Shown: piece by piece, positions 9,503 to 19,660 of the stretch
Numbering within the stretch: the stretch's first letter is position 1
Layout of the letters: each line of letters begins with the position of its first letter
Origin: Candidatus Omnitrophota bacterium
GTDB taxonomy: Bacteria > Omnitrophota > Omnitrophia > Omnitrophales > JACROU01
Direction of reading: 5' to 3'
DNA length: 64,000 nucleotides
Assembly (NCBI GenBank): GCA_029261035.1
Contig: JAJDCD010000025.1
Span: 66,926 to 130,925, forward strand
Notes under the pieces: generated by a model
Told to the model about the DNA's origin: nothing
What the model saw: only the letters and a program-made list of their open reading frames with translations
Databases searched by the model: none
Program-made: the position numbers and the translations under genes

Positions 9503-10505
9503 CCAACTTTTCCTCCCCTGAAACTATTTTTAGTTTTACAGAGACAACCACAGGATCAATCCACTTATTCCAAATATCCTTTTGCCTCATCCAATCCTTC
9601 TCTGTAGTAAAGACTTCTTGTATCAAACCATCATCTTTTAATTTCTTTATTTTTTTTAATTCCTGAATTGAAAAATTATGATGATCTAAAAAATTAATTT
9701 TTTTCTCAACCCGAATACCCATACACTCTACCAATCGATAAAAGGATTCAGGAAATCCAATACCAGACACACAGGCTACGGACTGATTTAAAAATGAGCC
9801 CACTTTCAAAGATTCTTCTGAAGACGCTCTGAATAAATCCCTTAGCTCATGCTCCGCTTCAATCAAATCCGCTTCAGGCGCATAATGCTCAATCTTTTGT
9901 TTTAAAAAACTCTCATCATCCTGAGATAAAGAGCTCCTGTGCGTTAAGACAATAACATCAGCTCTGTTCAATTCGGATAAAGGCTCCCTTAAACTCCCAA
10001 GAGGAATAAGGTTATTTGTCCCAAAAGGGCAGGCTCCATTAATCAACAGAACATCAAGATCTCTCTTCAGCTGAACATGCTGAAAACCATCATCGAGTAA
10101 AGCAATATCAAAATCTCTTCCATTCAAATAACGTGTGGCTGTCTTATGTCTATCTTTACCAACAGCAATTAAAGCTTGAGGACAAGAAGACTCCAACTCC
10201 AAAACTTCATCATGAGAATACCCTCTTGTCAGTATCATCACTTTTTTAGACTGCTCTTCTATTTTTGAAGTCAGATACTTAATAAAAGGGGTTTTTCCCG
10301 TTCCGCCCCAAGTAATATTCCCAACACTCACAACAGGAAACGATAAGGAGTTCTTTCTCAAGATTCGATATTTAAAAGCAGCCTTTCTAATTCCTATAAT
10401 CACTGAATAAAAAATACTAGCGATAGTCAGAAAAGGCACTATTATTTTATCTGTCAAAGTTTCGGCACCTGACTCTGCAATTTTTTTCACTTTAAGCTTC
10501 ATCAC
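9471..10505 (-). CDS. lpxK: Tetraacyldisaccharide 4'-kinase
   Basis: 344 aa. P-loop VGNITWGGTGKTP. The length and lipid-A context fit LpxK. Confidence 0.75.
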   Translation of the reverse strand: MMKLKVKKIAESGAETLTDKIIVPFLTIASIFYSVIIGIRKAAFKYRILRKNSLSFPVVSVGNITWGGTGKTPFIKYLTSKIEEQSKKVMILTRGYSHDEVLELESSCPQALIAVGKDRHKTATRYLNGRDFDIALLDDGFQHVQLKRDLDVLLINGACPFGTNNLIPLGSLREPLSELNRADVIVLTHRSSLSQDDESFLKQKIEHYAPEADLIEAEHELRDLFRASSEESLKVGSFLNQSVACVSGIGFPESFYRLVECMGIRVEKKINFLDHHNFSIQELKKIKKLKDDGLIQEVFTTEKDWMRQKDIWNKWIDPVVVSVKLKIVSGEEKLDARLNSLYSR

Positions 10506-10647
10506 AAAATTCCCAACCGTTTATCTCATTCGATACAGCTTGATTCAAATCACAACACTTTATTTAAAACCTCATACTTTCGCACCTAGTGTGCCCGGCC
10601 TTTAGACCTGGAACACATTAAAGTGGCAACTCAACAGCCTCAACTAC

Positions 10648-11970
10648 TTATACCTTCTCAACAAACTGAGGCTGAGACACAAACTTCTCAATCCACTCCA
10701 CATGTTTCTGACTGGATCCTTGAAGGCGTTCAACAACAGCTTTTGCATTCCGACCTAATTCCATCTGACGTTTCTTATCTTTTAACAAATAACGTAATCG
10801 TGTCTCCAGCAAAGAATGGTCCGAAATCATTTGAACAGCATCATTCATCGCCAACTGTTGATAGACATCATGAAAATTGTATACGTGAGGGCCTGTTAAA
10901 ATAGGCTTTTCATAATAGGCTGGTTCAATTGGATTCTGACCTCCATGATGAATTAAACTTCCACCCACAAAAACAATGTCTGACATGAGGTAAAGGTCTT
11001 TCAACTTTCCTATCTGGTCTACAATTAAAATATCTTCTGCACTTATAGGAGAGACTGCGCATGAAAATAACTTTGGTTTCAAACCCACTCTAGTAACTTC
11101 TTCTGAAATCACTTCTGCTCTCTCGGGATGTCTAGGCACTAACAACAGTCTCAAATTAGGAAATTCTTTCTTCAAAGACACAAAAGCTTCTAATAAAAAT
11201 TTTTCTTCCTTTTCATGAGTACTTCCTGCAATCAAAATCTGATCTCCTAAAGAAAATCCAAGAGACGTCTTCATTTCATTAGAATTACTAACAGAAGAAA
11301 TCCCACTGATAATTTGGTCATACTTCATATTACCCATCAGCTTCACTTTTTCTTCAGTGATAAGTTGAGCAAAACGTTTAAAATCTAACTCGGATTGAAC
11401 TAAACAAAAATTAACGGAATTGAATATAGGCTTCATTAAAAAACCAACTTTCTGATACCCCCTTAAAGAATCCTCAGACATCCTTCCATTCACTATTCCC
11501 ACCACAATATTTTGTTGATGAGCAAGCTGCACAAAATTAGGCCAGATTTCTTTTTCTGCTAATAGAATTAAATCTGGTTTCAAAGCCTTCAAAACACGTC
11601 GAATTACAAAACTAAAATCTAGAGGAAAGTAAATTAAGATACAATCTAGAGACTCCGCAACTTTATAACCCGTAGGAGTTGTTGTAGATATCAAAACTAA
11701 ACTTTCAGGAAACTGCTGCTTCAACTGATGAATAAAAACCTTTAAAGACAATACTTCCCCTACACTGACCGCATGAATCCAAATCAGTTTCTTGCCCTGT
11801 TTTTTGTTTTTTTGGATTCTGCTCAGAATTTCAGGTTCAAACTTACCCCAGCGTTCATTCCAATACCGATTTCCATCCTCAGCCTGTTTAGAACGGAGCA
11901 AAAACTTAGGAAAGGAAAATAAAGCAAATACAAAAAATATAAAATCAAATAATAAAATACGTATAAACAA
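10648..11970 (-). CDS. waaA: 3-deoxy-D-manno-octulosonic acid (Kdo) transferase
   Basis: 440 aa. N-terminal membrane anchor. Motif KLIWIHAVSVGEVLS, the KdtA signature. The C-terminus is GT-B-like. Confidence 0.75.
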   Translation of the reverse strand: MFIRILLFDFIFFVFALFSFPKFLLRSKQAEDGNRYWNERWGKFEPEILSRIQKNKKQGKKLIWIHAVSVGEVLSLKVFIHQLKQQFPESLVLISTTTPTGYKVAESLDCILIYFPLDFSFVIRRVLKALKPDLILLAEKEIWPNFVQLAHQQNIVVGIVNGRMSEDSLRGYQKVGFLMKPIFNSVNFCLVQSELDFKRFAQLITEEKVKLMGNMKYDQIISGISSVSNSNEMKTSLGFSLGDQILIAGSTHEKEEKFLLEAFVSLKKEFPNLRLLLVPRHPERAEVISEEVTRVGLKPKLFSCAVSPISAEDILIVDQIGKLKDLYLMSDIVFVGGSLIHHGGQNPIEPAYYEKPILTGPHVYNFHDVYQQLAMNDAVQMISDHSLLETRLRYLLKDKKRQMELGRNAKAVVERLQGSSQKHVEWIEKFVSQPQFVEKV

Positions 11971-11995
11971 TATGATTACTCCTAAATATTTTAAA

Positions 11996-12901
11996 TTAAG
12001 CCCTAGGATGCGCTTGTTCGTACGATTCTTTTAAGCGCTTGGTGGACACGTGTGTGTATATCTGAGTCGTAGATAAATTTTGATGCCCTAAAAGCTCTTG
12101 AACACTTCTCAAGTCCGCACCTCGATCTAACATATGAGTTGCAAAAGAATGCCTTAACACATGAGGGGAGATTTCTTTTGCTAGAGAAATACGTCTAGCA
12201 TATTTAAGAACAATTCTACGAACACTTCTATCTGTAAGCCTCGTCTTTCCTTTATTAAGAAATAAAGCGCCTAATTCACTTTGATCGTCTCTTTTATTAA
12301 TATAGTCTTTCATTGCGTCCAAAGCTTTAGAGCCTACCGGCACCATACGTTCTTTCTTCCCTTTACCACGCACTTTGAGAACCTCGCCTAAAAAATCAAC
12401 GTCCTCAATATTGAGTCCCACCAGTTCACTAACACGAATCCCGCTAGAATATAATAACTCCAGAATCGACTTGTCTCTTTTTTCTATTTTAGTGTTCTTA
12501 GAGGGCGCCTCTAATAAATTGCTTATTTCTTGCTCTTCTAAATAGATAGGAAGTTTTTTATCTTTTTTAGGGGTAGCAATATTAACTGCAGGGTTCTCTT
12601 TTACAAGGTTTTCTCTGGTTAAGAATTTAAAAAAAGAACGAAGGCTCGCTAATTTTCTCGAAATCGTACTTTTGGAAAAATCTTTCTCTGATAAAAAGGC
12701 TAAATAACGTCTGATTTCCAAATAATCAATTTTTTCAATCTCTGTATCCTTGAAAAAATTAAAAAAACTTTGAAGATCAACAGAATAATTTGTTATGGTA
12801 TGACTAGAAGCATTTTTTTCTGCTTCTAAAAATGTCATAAACCGTGAAACCAAAGTTTGATGCCTATTTTTTTGTTTAACTGTTTTCTCTTTTATACTCA
12901 T
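11996..12901 (-). CDS. Tyrosine site-specific recombinase of the XerC/XerD family
   Basis: 301 aa. Catalytic-region motif HVLRHSFATHMLDRGADLRSVQELLGHQNLSTTQIYTHV. Confidence 0.7.
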   Translation of the reverse strand: MSIKEKTVKQKNRHQTLVSRFMTFLEAEKNASSHTITNYSVDLQSFFNFFKDTEIEKIDYLEIRRYLAFLSEKDFSKSTISRKLASLRSFFKFLTRENLVKENPAVNIATPKKDKKLPIYLEEQEISNLLEAPSKNTKIEKRDKSILELLYSSGIRVSELVGLNIEDVDFLGEVLKVRGKGKKERMVPVGSKALDAMKDYINKRDDQSELGALFLNKGKTRLTDRSVRRIVLKYARRISLAKEISPHVLRHSFATHMLDRGADLRSVQELLGHQNLSTTQIYTHVSTKRLKESYEQAHPRA

Positions 12902-12963
12902 AATTACTTATTCTCCCAATCTTTTTTTACTGCTCTAAACTCTAATTAAAATTCAAAGCAGGA

Positions 12964-13164
12964 CTATCCCCCACCTACAAATTGGACAATCTCTAAAACA
13001 TCTTCCTCTTTAAGAAAAGTATCTGAATACAGCCCCTTCTCTATAACTTGCTTATTTATTTCACAAACAACGGCTTCTTTTTTAATGCCGTTTTCCTCTA
13101 AAAACTGTTTTAAACTGACAGAAACATCACACTCCTGCTGCTTTCCATTAACCGTTAAAAACAT
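12964..13164 (-). CDS. thiS: ThiS/MoaD-like sulfur-carrier protein
   Basis: 66 aa. Begins MFLTVNGK and ends in Gly-Gly (VQFVGGG). Confidence 0.5.
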   Translation of the reverse strand: MFLTVNGKQQECDVSVSLKQFLEENGIKKEAVVCEINKQVIEKGLYSDTFLKEEDVLEIVQFVGGG

Positions 13165-13270
13165 AACTATTCCCTCTGGATATGAATTAAGACTTCAAGA
13201 TGATAGCTCATTCTTATAGGACGTATTTTATCAAAATACTACAGGATGTAAAGTGGTAATTATAGGACGT

Positions 13271-13711
13271 TTATGCGGATTCCTGGTCTTCTGGGGGGTC
13301 TTTCTTTTTTCTCTTTCTCTTACTTTTATTTTTTTCAGGCTCTAAGCTAAAAAGATGCTCTAGATGTAGAATTTGGGAATCTTCTACCGCTTCTTCCTCA
13401 ATTCTTCGAATGAGTGCACTAAAATCCTCTTCTTTCATTTCTAGGTATTCTAAACATATTGTAGTCAATAGACGGGTTATTAAATTGGACTGAATTTCCA
13501 AATCCTGAAGACGATCATTTGCTTCTGAAACTTGTTCCCAAATTTTATCAATATGTGTTTTAAGGTATTCAAGATCCATTGGAGGCGCAGTGGCTTTACC
13601 CTTAGACACCTTCTTCGATGCTCTAGCGGAAGTTTTCTTTGGAGCTTTCTTTTTGACTATTTTTTTCGACTTTTTTTTCATCAATTCACACCTATAAAGA
13701 AAGAGTAACAT
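13271..13711 (-). CDS. Hypothetical protein with Lys-rich termini. Candidate histone-like, nucleoid-associated protein.
   Basis: The likely start is the internal MKKKSKKIVKKKAPKKTSARASKKVSKGK. It has an acidic coiled-coil centre and a C-terminal KNKSKRKRKKKD. Confidence 0.4.
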   Translation of the reverse strand: MLLFLYRCELMKKKSKKIVKKKAPKKTSARASKKVSKGKATAPPMDLEYLKTHIDKIWEQVSEANDRLQDLEIQSNLITRLLTTICLEYLEMKEEDFSALIRRIEEEAVEDSQILHLEHLFSLEPEKNKSKRKRKKKDPPEDQESA

Positions 13712-13810
13712 AAAATCAATTAATTAACGAATGAACAAAAAAGCATACTAACAGGCATAAAAAAGGGCAAAACAAGATCTTTGAAAAGAAATTGTCTTAC
13801 CCTAAAAAAA

Positions 13811-14413
13811 CTATTTACTATACGTAACTCTTGTTTTGGCGTAGGCGTCTATTAAACGTTCTCCGCCCTCTGGCTGCTCTCTATCCAATAATAAGAACAG
13901 GGCTAACACAGCAACAATAGGAAGTACAAGTAAACCAGAAACAGCCGCTGGAGAAAGAAAAGCGGTAATCGTTCCGATCGTAAAAATAACAATTCCTACT
14001 AAATACCAAACTCTTCTTACTAAAAGGCTAGGAAATACAATTCGAGCAAATTCACCCACATAACCACCCACTAAAACAATAGGTATAATTAAATGAATAT
14101 TACGAATTAAAGCTTGTGCAAATGTTATTTTCCCACCCACAAGACTTACAATTTTAGCATCAGCCATCCATCGACCTGGAGAAAAAACCAAGTCTCTAAA
14201 GATCATCCAACCTGCATTAACTAAGATCAACACCGTATTACGAACAATTTCAGGAGCAGAAAATAATGCTAATGCGGCCAAAACACCCAAAGCAAGTGGC
14301 ATAATAAGTAAATCAAAAATACAAGCAAGAGCTCTTCTTCTACGTTTAATGACTTCAGGGCTACCAACAGAACTCGATGATACTTGTTCTCCACCCCCTA
14401 TATTTTCTTCCAT
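13811..14413 (-). CDS. RDD-family integral membrane protein
   Basis: 200 aa. It has 3-4 predicted TM helices. The IFRDLVFSPGRW motif is RDD-like. Confidence 0.5.
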   Translation of the reverse strand: MEENIGGGEQVSSSSVGSPEVIKRRRRALACIFDLLIMPLALGVLAALALFSAPEIVRNTVLILVNAGWMIFRDLVFSPGRWMADAKIVSLVGGKITFAQALIRNIHLIIPIVLVGGYVGEFARIVFPSLLVRRVWYLVGIVIFTIGTITAFLSPAAVSGLLVLPIVAVLALFLLLDREQPEGGERLIDAYAKTRVTYSK

Positions 14414-14559
14414 AATAAAACTCCTTTCATATACCTCTATTACTAAAATTCATCCAAATAAAAGTTATAAAGACAGATCATTAATTACATTATCGACCAA
14501 ACACCCTTCATCTTTAAGTATACACGATAAGGAGTATACATAGAATCCTTACTCAGGCA

Positions 14560-15735
14560 TCAAGAAACTTTCTCAAATAAACCGCCCCACCTTCGACTGA
14601 CTTTCTTCTTCATTTCTAAGGATGTTAAAACCTTTAGAGTTTCTGTCACTGAGCATGAAAGCTCATCACTCATCGACTGAGAGTCCTTTGGCTGCTTTAA
14701 ATTATCGAGAAACAATGCTTCTTTTGGCGTCAATACCACAGGGGTTTCAATTCCAACTCGAGTAGAGTTGATTTGCACCGAATTCACATTCTCCCCTTCA
14801 TTAAAATCAAGCTCATATTTATCTTTTAACTGAGGGCTTAAATCTTCAGCAATTTCTGCTGCTGAAGTTACTAACTTAGCACCCTCTTTAATAAGCTGAT
14901 TCGTTCCTAGAGAGTAAGGGCTATTAATTTGACCAGGAACAACATATACTTCACGACCTTCATCCATACCTTGATGTGCTGTTATTAAAGACCCACTTTT
15001 TTGACCTGCTTCTACAACTAAAATACCTAAGGACAACCCTGCAATAATTCGATTTCTTTTAGGAAAATAATAAGGTCGGGGTTGTGTTCCTAAAGGAAAT
15101 TCACTCACCACAGCACCTTGCTCTACAATAGACTGATAAAGAGAAGCATTTTCTTTTGGATAAATAACATCAACTCCACATCCCAAAACAGCAATTGTTC
15201 TACCCTGAACTCGAAGAGCTCCTTCGTGGCTCATCTTATCTATACCACGAGCTAAACCCGAACAAATAGTAAAACCTCTATCTGCTAATTCAGAAGCAAA
15301 TTGCAAAGCTGTTTGATGGCCATAAATGGATGCTTTTCGAGAACCCACAATCCCAATGGACTGACGATCCTCTGGAAAGAGATGTCCTTTAACATAAAGT
15401 AAAATAGGAGGATCATAGATCTCAGACAAACTTTTTGGATAACGAGGATCAACATAAGAGATTAAATGAATATTTTGTTCATGACAACGATCTAGAATAA
15501 CATTTGGACGTACTTCGGAAGATGCTGCCACAATTCGGTTTGCAAGCTCTAAAGAAATATCTACATTCTGAACCATAGTGTGCGCGTTTCGACAACGAAC
15601 AATTTCCTCATAGTTACCAAAAAAATCTACGAGTTTTTGAAGTTTCTTAACACTCAAACCTTCGACAGAAGAAAGCACAATCAATTCTTTAAGCATGAGC
15701 CAACCCTTTATTGCTTGGCAGAAAATAGAGTCCAA
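14560..15735 (-). CDS. dprA: DNA processing protein A (DprA/Smf)
   Basis: 391 aa. Motif GIDKMSHEGALRVQGRTIAVLGCGVDVIYPKEN in a Rossmann-like DprA core. Confidence 0.75.
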   Translation of the reverse strand: MDSIFCQAIKGWLMLKELIVLSSVEGLSVKKLQKLVDFFGNYEEIVRCRNAHTMVQNVDISLELANRIVAASSEVRPNVILDRCHEQNIHLISYVDPRYPKSLSEIYDPPILLYVKGHLFPEDRQSIGIVGSRKASIYGHQTALQFASELADRGFTICSGLARGIDKMSHEGALRVQGRTIAVLGCGVDVIYPKENASLYQSIVEQGAVVSEFPLGTQPRPYYFPKRNRIIAGLSLGILVVEAGQKSGSLITAHQGMDEGREVYVVPGQINSPYSLGTNQLIKEGAKLVTSAAEIAEDLSPQLKDKYELDFNEGENVNSVQINSTRVGIETPVVLTPKEALFLDNLKQPKDSQSMSDELSCSVTETLKVLTSLEMKKKVSRRWGGLFEKVS

Positions 15736-15769
15736 TTAACCGATAAAAAATTACTTCTAAGATTTCCTG

Positions 15770-15877
15770 TTACTTATAAAAGAAAGCCCAAAGATAATCG
15801 TTAGCAGCGAACTTAAAAAAGTGCACTAAGCCAAAACCAATTAAAAGACCTAAAATAAATTTTATTTTTTTAGCCAT
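15770..15877 (-). CDS. Small hydrophobic ORF of 35 aa, a possible membrane peptide. It is below the ORF-track size cutoff.
   Basis: ATG at 15877 and TAA at 15770. It translates to MAKKIKFILGLLIGFGLVHFFKFAANDYLWAFFYK. It lies in the dprA-aroB gap. There is no homology support. Confidence 0.2.
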   Translation of the reverse strand: MAKKIKFILGLLIGFGLVHFFKFAANDYLWAFFYK

Positions 15878-15948
15878 GATTTTTCCTCAAATAAACGAAT
15901 TCTAAATATAAACTCTGAAAAATAACGCTATTTTTTCAGATAGAGGAA

Positions 15949-17043
15949 CTAAAGAACCGTTTTTAATATCTCTTCGATGAGAGATGGTGAAATCCCTTTC
16001 ACAGCTGCCAATTCTCCAATAGATTGAGGAAGAATAAATTTCACTTCACCTTTCCTCACCTTCTTATCTACCAAAAAATACTTTGCAACTGCTTTAGGTT
16101 TCAACCTCATTCCTTTGAGGGATGTAGGAAGTCCTGCAGATTGGATTAAACGAAGCTGTCTATCTAACACATTGCGTTTAATAAAACCAAGACGATACGC
16201 CATCTCACATGCAGCTACCATTCCCACACTCACTGCTCTTCCATGCGTGATTTTTTCATAACCCAAAGCGGCTTCAAATGCATGACCAAATGTATGGCCA
16301 TAATTTAAAATATCTCTAAAACCTTGAGTTTCATCAACGTCTGATTCTATCACAAAAACTTTAATTTTTGAAGATTCTAAAACTATTTTTTCCAAAATCT
16401 TAATATTCCCCTTGGCGGCCTTCGAAATATTCTTCTCTAACCAAGGGTATAAAGCCCCCCCTTGAATCATTCCATACTTCACAACTTCTCCCAAAGAGTC
16501 AGAAATAGTCTGTTTTGATAGGGTTTTCAACAATGAAATATCCGAGAAAATAGCCTTAGGTTGATAAAAAGTACCCGCTAAATTCTTACCTGATTTTAGG
16601 TTAATTCCCGTCTTACCCCCAATTGAACTATCTACTTGAGCTAAAAGAGTAGTTGGAATCTGTATATACCCTACCCCTCTTTTATACGTCGATGCGGCAA
16701 ACCCTGTCACATCTCCAACCGTTCCACCTCCAAATGCAATTACAAAAGAGGCTCTATCCAACTTACTTTTCAGCATCGCATCATATAAACGGAACAACTC
16801 TCTCTGACTCTTGGCAACTTCCCCATCCGGTAAAATATGAAAAACAGGTTTCATTTTTGCTTTTTTAAGTACTGCTGAAATATAAGGTTTATGCTTTCTC
16901 AGAATTCGGTTCTGACTCACTACCAAAATATTCCCCTCCGCTCCTACTGATTTTAAAAATGAAGGAAGTTTTTGGGAAAGCACTCGAGATCCTATGAAAA
17001 TAGGATGGGAATCTTTTCCTAAATTTACTAAAATTTTATACAT
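15949..17043 (-). CDS. aroB: 3-dehydroquinate synthase
   Basis: 364 aa. Motifs GGGTVGDVTGFAASTYKRGV and IPTTLLAQVDSSIGGKTGIN. Confidence 0.85.
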   Translation of the reverse strand: MYKILVNLGKDSHPIFIGSRVLSQKLPSFLKSVGAEGNILVVSQNRILRKHKPYISAVLKKAKMKPVFHILPDGEVAKSQRELFRLYDAMLKSKLDRASFVIAFGGGTVGDVTGFAASTYKRGVGYIQIPTTLLAQVDSSIGGKTGINLKSGKNLAGTFYQPKAIFSDISLLKTLSKQTISDSLGEVVKYGMIQGGALYPWLEKNISKAAKGNIKILEKIVLESSKIKVFVIESDVDETQGFRDILNYGHTFGHAFEAALGYEKITHGRAVSVGMVAACEMAYRLGFIKRNVLDRQLRLIQSAGLPTSLKGMRLKPKAVAKYFLVDKKVRKGEVKFILPQSIGELAAVKGISPSLIEEILKTVL

Positions 17044-17047
17044 AGAT

Positions 17048-17566
17048 TTAAAAACTTTCTTTTTTTAAATTAAAATTATCACAAATTTCCTTTGCTACCG
17101 ATTCTGCAGACTTACCATCTGTATCCACCTTTAAATTAAATTGATTATAAAGAAGATCTCTACTTTTCAGAATATATTCTAATGTTTTTTTGGGATCATC
17201 TGACTTTAATAAAGGTCGATGGGTTCGATGTTTTACTCGAGACCACAGTGTATCTGCTCCTGCTTTCAAATAAATTACCTGTCCTGTTTGATTCATCAAA
17301 TCCACATTCCCCTGCCGAAGAACAATACCACCACCCGTAGCAACAACTTGTCTCTCTCTTAAAGATACTTTCTCTAAAAGATTTGATTCCACATCTCTAA
17401 AAGCCTCTTCACCTTTTGAACTAAAGATATCCTGAATAGAGATTTTCTCTTGAGCTTCAATCTCAGTATCTAAATCCACGAAACGATACTGGAGTAAATC
17501 AGCAAGCTCTTTTGCTGTCACAGATTTACCCGAACCCATCATTCCAACTAAATAAATATTATTCAT
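17048..17566 (-). CDS. aroK: Shikimate kinase
   Basis: 172 aa. P-loop IYLVGMMGSGKSVTAKELA. Confidence 0.8.
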   Translation of the reverse strand: MNNIYLVGMMGSGKSVTAKELADLLQYRFVDLDTEIEAQEKISIQDIFSSKGEEAFRDVESNLLEKVSLRERQVVATGGGIVLRQGNVDLMNQTGQVIYLKAGADTLWSRVKHRTHRPLLKSDDPKKTLEYILKSRDLLYNQFNLKVDTDGKSAESVAKEICDNFNLKKESF

Positions 17567-17596
17567 GATTTGAATACTCTAATGAAAAATTAAACT

Positions 17597-18715
17597 TTAT
17601 TGTTTAATCTGATTTAAGAAGCTTTGGTGGTTTCGCTTCATTTCATCAAGACTATCTCCACCAAATTTTTCAATAAGCGCATTTGCTATTTCGTAAGCAA
17701 CCACCGCTTCACAAATAACACTACACGCAGCGATTGCGCACGTATCCGACCTCTCAAAAGCTGCTTTCTCTACTTCCTTAGAAGTCATATTAACGGACTG
17801 CAATGGCTTTCTCAGTGTCGAAATAGGTTTCTTTGTCGCTTTAACAATAATCTCTTCTCCTGTTGTCATACCCCCTTCAAAACCGCCCAAATTGTTCGTT
17901 CGTCTATAATACCCTCGATCCTCATCAAAAAGAATTTCATCATGACTTTGAGAACCTGGAATACGACCTAACTCTTCAGATAACCCAAAACCCACTTCTT
18001 TTACTGCCTGAACACTTATAATCGCCGCAGCAATACGTGCATCCAGCTTACTATGATAAGTAGCAAAAGATCCTAATCCTGCAGGACAACCTTTAACACG
18101 AACTTCAAAACGACCCCCGTAAGTGTCGCCGTCTTTTTGAGCTTGATCAATCAAAGCAATCATTTTTTTCTCAGACTCAGGACAAATACAATTCAGCTGA
18201 GAATCTTTCGTTCTTTTTTCTATATCTTCAAAAGAAACATTCTTCTCATCCACACAAACATTTCCTAATTCGTAAACATACGAAGTTATTTTAATCCCAA
18301 AATGCTGCAAGAGTTGCTTAGCAATTGCTCCGACAGCAACACGAAGTGTTGTTTCACGAGCACTCGCTCTCTCGAGCACAGCTCGAATCCCTTGTTGGTA
18401 CTTTAAAGCACCCATTAAATCTGCATGTCCAGGTCTTGGCCTTTCAATTTCTGGCATTTTATGAATTTTGAAATCACTATTTTCAAGCAGAATTCCAATA
18501 GGCGTTCCCGTTGTGTGTTCTTTTAAATACCCAGAAGTTAACTGGACCATGTCTTTTTCTAGTTTCATACGACCGCCTCGGCCATAACCTTGCTGTCTTC
18601 TCCACAGCTCATGATTGATTTCATCCATATCCATAGGAACTCCACTAGGCATTCCTTCGAGTACAGAAATCATATATTTATTATGCGATTCTCCAGAAGT
18701 AATATAATTCAGCAT
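17597..18715 (-). CDS. aroC: Chorismate synthase
   Basis: 372 aa. The N-terminal GESH motif and the conserved RPGHAD and GGR..ARET regions are present. Confidence 0.85.
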   Translation of the reverse strand: MLNYITSGESHNKYMISVLEGMPSGVPMDMDEINHELWRRQQGYGRGGRMKLEKDMVQLTSGYLKEHTTGTPIGILLENSDFKIHKMPEIERPRPGHADLMGALKYQQGIRAVLERASARETTLRVAVGAIAKQLLQHFGIKITSYVYELGNVCVDEKNVSFEDIEKRTKDSQLNCICPESEKKMIALIDQAQKDGDTYGGRFEVRVKGCPAGLGSFATYHSKLDARIAAAIISVQAVKEVGFGLSEELGRIPGSQSHDEILFDEDRGYYRRTNNLGGFEGGMTTGEEIIVKATKKPISTLRKPLQSVNMTSKEVEKAAFERSDTCAIAACSVICEAVVAYEIANALIEKFGGDSLDEMKRNHQSFLNQIKQ

Positions 18716-18835
18716 TCAAAACTCCTTTTCTTTCATTCTCTAAATCTATATGAAGTCAGACGTCAGAAATCTGAAGTCAGAAAAAACTTTTCACAATCTG
18801 TTCTCTGACTTCTGTCTTCCGTCTTCAGTTATTTT

Positions 18836-19651
18836 TCAAAAAATCAATCGAAGTAATTCTTCTCCATAAAAAATATTAAATAAAGCTGCAAGCCCCAAAA
18901 AAGGCCCATAAGGCACTAATTCATTTTCTTTTACATATTTTTGAAATAAAGCATAAGGCAAAGCAAAAAATGGAGCCACAAAAAAGGTCATAATTGTAAA
19001 TTTAAAACCAATAAAAGCACCCACCATGGCCAGAAATTTCAAATCCCCTCCACCCATTGTCTCTTTCTTCAATATCATATCACCAATCAGGGATGTGATC
19101 CAAATAATACCGCCTCCCACCAACAGACCTAAGAAAGAGTCTAGAAATCCTTTGAGTCTCGTAGATTCTCCTAACAGTTCAGGAAACAAAGGTGCCATAA
19201 GTAAGCCAAAAATAGTTCCAGTCATCGTTACTTGATCTGGAATTTCCATATGCTTAAAATCTACCCAAGTCACAATCAGTAAACTATAAATAAAAAAGGA
19301 AAGCCAAAGTAATCTAGGTGACAAACCAAAAAGCACAAAAAGACCTAATAAAATAAGTGCCGAAATGAATTCAACAGCCCAATATTGAAACGCAATTTGT
19401 TTTTTGCACGCTCTACACTTCCCACCCAACATCAAAAAACTTAGTAATGGGATATTGTCGAACCAAGCAATCTGTTTTCTGCACTCCACACAAAAAGATC
19501 TCGATTTAAACATAGAAACTTGATTAGGAAATCGGTAGATACAAACGTTCAAAAAACTCCCAATACAAGCCCCTAAAACAAAAGAAGCTATCGCAAACAA
19601 GATAAAGAAGGACTGTCCTAAATCATATAAATACTGAAGCGTTGAATCCAA
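18836..19651 (-). CDS. pilD: Type IV prepilin leader peptidase / N-methyltransferase (A24 family)
   Basis: 271 aa. Cys-box CIGSFLNVCIYRFP ... CVECRKQIAWFDNIPL ... CRACKK. It has multiple TM helices. Confidence 0.7.
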   Translation of the reverse strand: MDSTLQYLYDLGQSFFILFAIASFVLGACIGSFLNVCIYRFPNQVSMFKSRSFCVECRKQIAWFDNIPLLSFLMLGGKCRACKKQIAFQYWAVEFISALILLGLFVLFGLSPRLLWLSFFIYSLLIVTWVDFKHMEIPDQVTMTGTIFGLLMAPLFPELLGESTRLKGFLDSFLGLLVGGGIIWITSLIGDMILKKETMGGGDLKFLAMVGAFIGFKFTIMTFFVAPFFALPYALFQKYVKENELVPYGPFLGLAALFNIFYGEELLRLIF

Positions 19652-19660
19652 AAAACACCT

